A stretch of 64,000 nucleotides of DNA. It comes from a virus. The stretch spans positions 37,547-101,546 of the IMG/VR virus record IMGVR_UViG_3300030101_001745, one strand, 5' to 3'. The notes below the pieces were generated by a model. It was not told where the DNA came from. It did no database searches and worked only from the letters and a program-made list of their open reading frames with translations. Shown here in pieces: positions 58,801 to 64,000 of the stretch (its first letter is position 1; every line of letters starts with the position of its first letter). The position numbers and the translations under genes are program-made.

Positions 58801-58820
58801 TCAAAGCGAATTTCAGGTGA
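55815..58820 (+). CDS. Large acidic helical putative virion protein
   Basis: About 1000 aa; ATGA coupling at 55815; C-terminal HTH-like 'SLAKKYGVPSDSVYYLKA'. Confidence 0.65.
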   Translation: MTVDESEFAMWLKSPMDDIEDFYLAQIGKDYLEGGSKYNPRNIKQDLPKGQELTGDNLDSVFQAQIGEQIDGELDVLMENKKREYKREKDLLYRYLIDDSNGFTSTKKDESKLILSADGDYTVQPHIGETVRDIQSKGLLFDDFKDAIRPLLKTTLRGTNIGKSLFEEQLRYAVTQLSGEKGMKAGDLTSSFEGDVQAVTRVLGRFINLVSSKPMSVSERKQVMQGERDASGFVYRPEDKTQARQHLRVMEDQTSSQLEPLTNQIREFIEEDEEADIKITRANISGEYLIGDLNLADLESRDEIYKYWEEVATKDFKNLQVKYNDLRKAFLKHKDILIGEGDNINEPLSKLIDEYLEFDAKFESAYDDGMNYVLPFKASPMQAAAKDSSDKVRTLFDTFLRDMNLVDTGSQTELDMETLRERLLEIGAVERDETRTTVTQRGQGEDETTSASARTEIGTDGKRPIEDAGAQYRSERQAEKARYLESIGETVREIDELIEAKEKFDFDALAEDVDPLFAYAFAKDGSAFKNTAILERELNKLKIGLETNIFGLDLDYDEKITDWIESLSKAATQGDTRQVYYLPLSATLEEIILGKGRESKGKALFRIIEAVSPRRLETNKKNISQFLELIASFVEKGDRRSGPSSSVRTKTSQQAITTDPMGIDSIFPARSNDESYLNDIQTVRREFDDLLDAVIDYYVIPIEGMYMPFDDDSSFISEQTSGGVFGALTKGMVDDGLFAVMAKEKEDGTFVDREDIIDFADVLKTMSEPSFGENAKNFKLMLTELQKDVMSRVYGQSPKSTLGEKMKEELGSYFFHMAKRNNVDDYENILLWNTPARVWKDRHKENPRKAAAPFISFVNHVRRNAGGSGKGSKSGTGSDKSRYLREKGRGSDDSELREALQVFNEIRERFNITKSIEEMRILAAHDGIRKMLGKPVYYGTSNLDDFGHIAKAQDTLVKSYNVDISAVEIENIVNEFDSMESLAKKYGVPSDSVYYLKANFR

Positions 58821-58824
58821 TTAG

Positions 58825-59364
58825 TTGATTAGAAAATTCCATCCAAGACTGAGAGATTTGTCCCAAGGACAAGAACAGGTAGATGTTCAGATTGGCTCAG
58901 AGGAAGACATGAAGGAATTGTGGGATGCAAGTAATCCAGACATGCAACATGAGATGCGTTCTAATGACAAGTGGAAGTACCCAGTAGAAAATTGGTTTGG
59001 GACAATTGTTAGAGAAGGTGACAAGAGTAGACTCGTATCGGTAATAGGACACGCAGTTAGAGAGGGTAAGGAAGGTAAACCATACGCATACTTCGGTGGG
59101 GCAAAGACACATCCTGACTATCGAGGTAGGGGGTTGATGAGGGGCATACGAGAAAAGGCACTAGAAGGAATTCGTGGGATGCCGAGAATTGCAGGTTTCT
59201 CTACCATGAGACAAAAATCTGGACTTACATTGGACAAGCCAGAAACTGATGAGGTAATTCCAGATGATGTCTTGGCGTTCATGAATGAGAGAATCAAGCA
59301 CCTAGAGAACGTAGATGATTGGGGTGTGTCAAAGTGGATGCAGGTGTTGAGAAGACATGTCTGA
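58825..59364 (+). CDS. GNAT-family acetyltransferase with C-terminal W-motif
   Basis: 'THPDYRGRGLM' motif A; ends 'SKWMQVLRRHV'. Confidence 0.7.
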   Translation: MIRKFHPRLRDLSQGQEQVDVQIGSEEDMKELWDASNPDMQHEMRSNDKWKYPVENWFGTIVREGDKSRLVSVIGHAVREGKEGKPYAYFGGAKTHPDYRGRGLMRGIREKALEGIRGMPRIAGFSTMRQKSGLTLDKPETDEVIPDDVLAFMNERIKHLENVDDWGVSKWMQVLRRHV

Positions 59365-60796
59365 TATGGAAGGTTTAGATTTCGTTTCAGAAATGGATAT
59401 GGAGATATCCAAGACATCGTTTCCCTACTTCTTCCAGAACGTTTTGGGAATGATGTTTCCAAAGTATATGGAAGAGTGGTTGGAAACCATGCAAGGTACA
59501 GATAGAACAGTCATTGTATGTAGTCGTGACCATGGAAAATCTGTCTTCATGCATTGTTGGGTAGTATGGAATCTAGTATTCCAAGAACCTCCATATCAGA
59601 TGCTATACATCTCATCGAACCAGAAGCAGACTCTAGTTCACATGAGGGAGATTGACAGATACTTCAATCACCCATCTCTTAAGAAATACAGACCAAGTAG
59701 AGGATGGGCTATTGGTAACATCCAACTAACCAATGGTAACGCGATTCTAGAGCGTTCCGTTGGTTCTCAGATTCGTGGCCTTCACCCACAGGAAATTATC
59801 ATTGACGACCCTTTGAAGGAGTTTAGTCTCGCAGGTATTCAGCGAGTTACGGATTGGTTCTTTGGTGATATGATACCGACACTACATCATACATCTAATC
59901 TCAGAATGATTGGAACCCCTTTCACATACACAGATATCTTCGCGCAGTTAGAAGACAACCAAGCCTACACTGTTAGAAAGTATCCGTGTTTGAATTCCTT
60001 GAATGAACCATTGTGGCCGGAACGCTGGGACTACGATGCGCTAATGCAAAGAAAGGCTGAGATAGGTTCTTTGAAGTTTACAAGAGAGTACCTTTGTGTC
60101 CCTATTTCCACTGGAACTGCATTGTTCAATCCTGAATTTGTAGAGAAATGTAAGAATAAGGATTACGTGTTAAAATTAGGTCATAGAAAAGATAAGGGCT
60201 ACAAGTATTATGTTGGTGTTGACCCAGCGATATCAACAGATGGTGACTACAATGTAATCACTGTGTTGGAAGTAGATGAGAACAAGAACAAGACTATAGT
60301 TCACATAGATAGAGCGAAGAACGTTGAGTTTAGAGAAAACATAGAGAAGATAAGATTGATTGGACAGATATTCCAACCAGAAGAGATTCTCTATGAAACT
60401 AATACATTTGCCAAAGCATTTACACAGGAACTGAGAAGCATCTCCGATTTGAATATAAGAGATTTCAACACAACTAGAAAGAACAAGCAAGAGATAATTC
60501 TCGCATTGCAAATGAACATAGAAAATGAAAAGTTGAATTTTCCGTATGGTGATGCCGCAAGTAGACGGATTAGTAACATGATAGTAGAGGAACTGTCTAT
60601 GTTCTCCATTACTCACTCTGGTAAATTTGAAGGTGTGGGAGCGCACGATGATTTGGTTATGAGTCTCGCTTTAGCCAATGCCGCATCTCAACATCAAGGT
60701 GAGGTTTTCATGTTATTAGATGACATGGACATCTTTGAAGACCCCACAAGAACAATTAACAATCCCCGTAACGGAATACTTGGGTTGAACTTCTAG
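59357..60796 (+). CDS. terL: Terminase large subunit
   Basis: Walker A 'SRDHGKS', 'IRGLHP', Walker B 'IIIDDP', 'IGTP', RNase H 'GVDPA...D', 'HDDLVMSLALA'. Confidence 0.93.
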   Translation: MSDMEGLDFVSEMDMEISKTSFPYFFQNVLGMMFPKYMEEWLETMQGTDRTVIVCSRDHGKSVFMHCWVVWNLVFQEPPYQMLYISSNQKQTLVHMREIDRYFNHPSLKKYRPSRGWAIGNIQLTNGNAILERSVGSQIRGLHPQEIIIDDPLKEFSLAGIQRVTDWFFGDMIPTLHHTSNLRMIGTPFTYTDIFAQLEDNQAYTVRKYPCLNSLNEPLWPERWDYDALMQRKAEIGSLKFTREYLCVPISTGTALFNPEFVEKCKNKDYVLKLGHRKDKGYKYYVGVDPAISTDGDYNVITVLEVDENKNKTIVHIDRAKNVEFRENIEKIRLIGQIFQPEEILYETNTFAKAFTQELRSISDLNIRDFNTTRKNKQEIILALQMNIENEKLNFPYGDAASRRISNMIVEELSMFSITHSGKFEGVGAHDDLVMSLALANAASQHQGEVFMLLDDMDIFEDPTRTINNPRNGILGLNF

Positions 60797-60807
60797 GGGG
60801 TGAAAAA

Positions 60808-62274
60808 ATAGGCGTTAAAGGTGATAAATTCAGACAAGCGGCACAACTTGCTGATGAACAAGAAGCGTTGGAGCAAGAACAACAGAATCTAATTGACGAC
60901 TTAGATGGTACTCAGAAGCAATGGCTTCTTTCAGTTTCACTAGATGACCATCTTTCTATTGAGAAAAACTTTGCTAGGGAATTTGAGATATCACTAACAG
61001 ATGCAAGAAAGATGTTGAAGAATTCAGTTAACAAGTATGAGATAGAGGGACAGGACATTCCTCAGATGATTAAGAGTCTCAGAAAATACAGAAGGTCATT
61101 GAAAGGCGAACCAAGACAAGCAATCACGAAATCAATTGATGGTTTGATTGAGGCATACTCAGACCATTTGGACAAATCAATAGATTCCATTTATTGGATA
61201 GCCAAGTACAAGCCCGTACTAAAGGAGATGAATTGTAGTGAAGACAATCTCCTGAAACTATCAAAGATTCAAGATGTAGCCACTAGAAGGGAATTGGTAG
61301 ACGTTCTTTGTAAGTATTGGGAAGACAGGCAAGACTTCAACATGGTAGAATATCAGAAGGGATATGGAGAGTTAAGCAAGTCGATGACTGCATCTAAGAG
61401 AGAGTTCAAGCAGATTATCAAGAATCATATTCATCGTGAGAATCAGAAGGATGTCTTAGCAGATTACATAGTAAAGTCGGTTTCAGAGGAACCCGGCATT
61501 TCTTCTAGACAGATACATGAGAGACTTCCTAAGAATCTATTCAAGAAATCTAGTCCAACTATCATCTCAAAGATAGCGAAGGTCAATAACATAACACAGG
61601 TAGATGGTGCATTCTACAAGTTATCAGATGATATCAAGAAAGACATCTATGCCTATACTGCCGCCTTCATAGATTCGGATGGATACATAACAATGGATAG
61701 GAACTTCAATCCTAGAGTTGGACTGGTTGCTACAGGAGATAGAGGCAAGGCATTCATGATGGAGATGCACAAGTCTCTTGGATGTGGCAGATTACACCTA
61801 GACCAGAAATCACCACAAGATACTAGACCAGTTAACAGGCTGAACTTCTACTCTGCGGCTGATGTCACAGAGTTACTAACAAAGTGTCTTCCACACTTCA
61901 AGATGAAGAAGGGCAATGCGGAGATACTTCTTGAATTAGTTAGAATGAAGAAGTCTCACAAAAAGGCCGATTGGTACAAGCAGAGAAGAGAGGAACTGTT
62001 CAAGTTGATGAAGTACGAGAACCATAAAGACCATGTTGGCTTCAACTGGTCAGAGTTTGATATTGATGTCAATAGCATAGAGAAACTCTATGGTAATTCT
62101 AAGATGAACGAAATGGATAAGATAGAAGGTATCTTGAAGTCGTCTGATGTGGATGATGCCATAGACGACTTGGAAGAGATTGCTGAAGAGCATGATTTAT
62201 CCGAGGATGAATGGAGTTCAGTAGATGATGCATCGGATTATCTCTTTGAACACAAAGTAATGGAGAAGGAGTGA
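60808..62274 (+). CDS. Helical/wHTH-LAGLIDADG fusion protein
   Basis: 'YTAAFIDSDG' LAGLIDADG motif preceded by a wHTH ('PGISSRQIHERL'); likely ATA start at 60808 after a GGGGTGA SD. Confidence 0.75.
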   Translation: MGVKGDKFRQAAQLADEQEALEQEQQNLIDDLDGTQKQWLLSVSLDDHLSIEKNFAREFEISLTDARKMLKNSVNKYEIEGQDIPQMIKSLRKYRRSLKGEPRQAITKSIDGLIEAYSDHLDKSIDSIYWIAKYKPVLKEMNCSEDNLLKLSKIQDVATRRELVDVLCKYWEDRQDFNMVEYQKGYGELSKSMTASKREFKQIIKNHIHRENQKDVLADYIVKSVSEEPGISSRQIHERLPKNLFKKSSPTIISKIAKVNNITQVDGAFYKLSDDIKKDIYAYTAAFIDSDGYITMDRNFNPRVGLVATGDRGKAFMMEMHKSLGCGRLHLDQKSPQDTRPVNRLNFYSAADVTELLTKCLPHFKMKKGNAEILLELVRMKKSHKKADWYKQRREELFKLMKYENHKDHVGFNWSEFDIDVNSIEKLYGNSKMNEMDKIEGILKSSDVDDAIDDLEEIAEEHDLSEDEWSSVDDASDYLFEHKVMEKE

Positions 62275-62275
62275 C

Positions 62276-63925
62276 ATGGTAGAAGAGAAGAGAAGATTCA
62301 GCATATTCAATTTGTTTAGGCAATCAACGCCTAAACCACAGGACAGGACAATATACAATCCGGGAATTCAAGAAAAAGACACATCTTATTTTCTAACGAG
62401 TCCAGTCATATACTCACTAGCAAAGCAATCCACAATAGTCAGGACTTGCATCACCCAACTAAAGCAAGAGATATTCCGAAGGGGATACAAGTGGGAAGAA
62501 GCATTTGTTCTCAAGTGTGGTGATTGTGGTGAGAAGCATGAGAGTCCAGTCAAGAAATGTAAGTCATGTGGTTCTGCAAACTTACAGAAGCCAGACAAAG
62601 CGCAATTAGATTATGCTCATAAATTCCTAGAAGGATACGTCAACAAGTCCGAACAATTATTCATTGACGTTCTGAAAGAACTAGAGGATGACTTGAACAT
62701 AATGGATGATGCATACTTAGTGCTAGTAAAGGAATACTACATGGATAACACCAATTGCATCAAGATGCACAGAATAAAGGAATTGTATCGAGGTGACCCT
62801 GTAACTATGCACATCTATTCAAATGAGGTTGGTGAAAGGGGAGTAAAGGGATTCACATGTCTAAAACACAGGAATCACATTTCCGAAGAAGCATCCGACC
62901 TTTGCGAACACTGTAATTCTGCTTTACATGCTGTGCATTATGTCAACAGGGCAAATGGTGAAGAGCAGTATTTCATAGAAGGAGAGGTCGTACACTTCAG
63001 CAAGTATTCACCATCTAGGCTGTATGGTGTCTCACCGATTCTTACTCTCTGGAACATGGTAACGACCTTGATGGCAATGGAGAACTACGTTAACTCATCA
63101 TACACCAAGGCTAGAATGCCAAGAGGATTGTTGGCAGTACAAACCAGAAACATAGATTCGATGAAGTCGTTCTGGCGTAGTGTAAAGGAGAAGATGGAAG
63201 TTGACCCTCACTTTATTCCAGTCATGGGCGTAGAAGCAGAGAACGGCAAAGGTTCTGTCGAGTGGGTCAAATTCATGGACAGTTTGAAGGAGATGGATTA
63301 CATTGCCGTCAAAGACGAACTCCGAGATAGAATCTCAGCATTCTACGGTGTGAGTAAAATCTTCATGGCAGACAACTCCGCAAGTGGTGGATTAAACAAC
63401 GAGGGTATGCAGATACTAGTAACCAATCGAGCAGTAGAGATGGCTCAGACTATCTGGAACAACTATGTGTTTCCCTTCATGGTCAAGCAGTTTGGAATTA
63501 CAGACTGGACTCTCAAGTTACCACCTTCCGAAGAAGAGGATGAAATTGCTAAGTTGAGGAAGAGGGAGATTGAGGTTAACGTTGCGGCGGCAATCAAGAA
63601 CCTAGGATTTGAGGTTGACATGGATGATGAAGGTAGATTCAACTACTTCAAGCCAGAACCAAAAGAACAAGAAGGTGCTAAGGGCGAGGAAGATTCACCA
63701 ATAGAACTAGACCCATACGCAGGTACTAACATTGACCAATCACAACTAGGACAGATGATGGAGTCTGGTAACAAGCCAACAATGGCAGAGGCAGGACAAC
63801 CCGCAGAGGTAAAATCAAGAAACAAGCCATCTATGAACAAAGGCCCAGACAAGAGATTTAGCGGATTACCTAGAGAAGCAGGTAATGAAAACGTGGATAA
63901 AAGGACAGAGAGGCGAGTCGGTTGA
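62276..63925 (+). CDS. Portal protein (HK97-like) with Zn-ribbon insertions
   Basis: 'DAYLVL', 'EVVHF...LYGVSPI', 'PRGLL', 'RISAFYGVS'; downstream of terL. Confidence 0.88.
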   Translation: MVEEKRRFSIFNLFRQSTPKPQDRTIYNPGIQEKDTSYFLTSPVIYSLAKQSTIVRTCITQLKQEIFRRGYKWEEAFVLKCGDCGEKHESPVKKCKSCGSANLQKPDKAQLDYAHKFLEGYVNKSEQLFIDVLKELEDDLNIMDDAYLVLVKEYYMDNTNCIKMHRIKELYRGDPVTMHIYSNEVGERGVKGFTCLKHRNHISEEASDLCEHCNSALHAVHYVNRANGEEQYFIEGEVVHFSKYSPSRLYGVSPILTLWNMVTTLMAMENYVNSSYTKARMPRGLLAVQTRNIDSMKSFWRSVKEKMEVDPHFIPVMGVEAENGKGSVEWVKFMDSLKEMDYIAVKDELRDRISAFYGVSKIFMADNSASGGLNNEGMQILVTNRAVEMAQTIWNNYVFPFMVKQFGITDWTLKLPPSEEEDEIAKLRKREIEVNVAAAIKNLGFEVDMDDEGRFNYFKPEPKEQEGAKGEEDSPIELDPYAGTNIDQSQLGQMMESGNKPTMAEAGQPAEVKSRNKPSMNKGPDKRFSGLPREAGNENVDKRTERRVG

Positions 63926-64000
63926 GCAGATTGCTTGAAGTCGCAAGAAAATGGAAAGAAGAAATTGACAAACTAAATGAAGAGACAGATGAAAGAATTA
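63922..64000 (+). CDS. Next head gene, 3'-truncated
   Basis: TTGA overlap with the portal stop; frame open to the window end. Confidence 0.4.
   Translation, partial: MSRLLEVARKWKEEIDKLNEETDERI

Noticed and set aside
60868-62274. Intein remnant of terL or portal
   Set aside because: Separate ORF with no splicing motifs; terL and portal both look complete.

Overview
A 64-kb segment of a large tailed archaeal virus (Caudoviricetes). It is most consistent with a marine Poseidoniales (MGII) 'magrovirus'-type genome; this is an inference from the archaeal-type replisome, TFB, GGTGA/GGAGG Shine-Dalgarno sites, non-halophilic protein composition and marine-phage-like tail proteins. Layout: (i) 1-11.1 kb (+): tail fibre/adhesin genes and small basic putative head proteins. 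(ii) 11.2-43.4 kb (-): replication, repair and nucleotide module with DnaQ-like exonuclease, MCM-like helicase, XPF/ERCC4 nuclease, PriS-PriL primase, intein-less split PolB, PCNA, Cas4-like nuclease, ATPase, RPA-like protein, RFC, DenV-like glycosylase, ATP ligase, PC4-like SSB, TFB, class II RNR and UvrD. (iii) 43.4-45.2 kb: non-coding, hairpin-rich and origin-like. (iv) 45.2-48.8 kb: an array of small-gene cassettes bounded by a repeated palindrome. (v) 48.9-64 kb (+): head/packaging module (TerS, TerL, LAGLIDADG fusion, portal). The main candidate novel system is a virus-encoded ubiquitin-like conjugation pathway in the replication operon: a SAMP/ThiS-like Ubl ending GG-IR, a ThiF/E1 enzyme, a JAB/JAMM protease and a possible Cys-containing E2-like partner. 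Other notable signals are the CAAAGT-ACCATATGGT-ACTTTG cassette array, a W-x-x-(I/V)-(L/I)-K terminal peptide shared by about 13 unrelated proteins (putative capsid-targeting signal), and a riboswitch-like RNA upstream of the B12-dependent RNR. All calls come from motif reading; no database searches were run.
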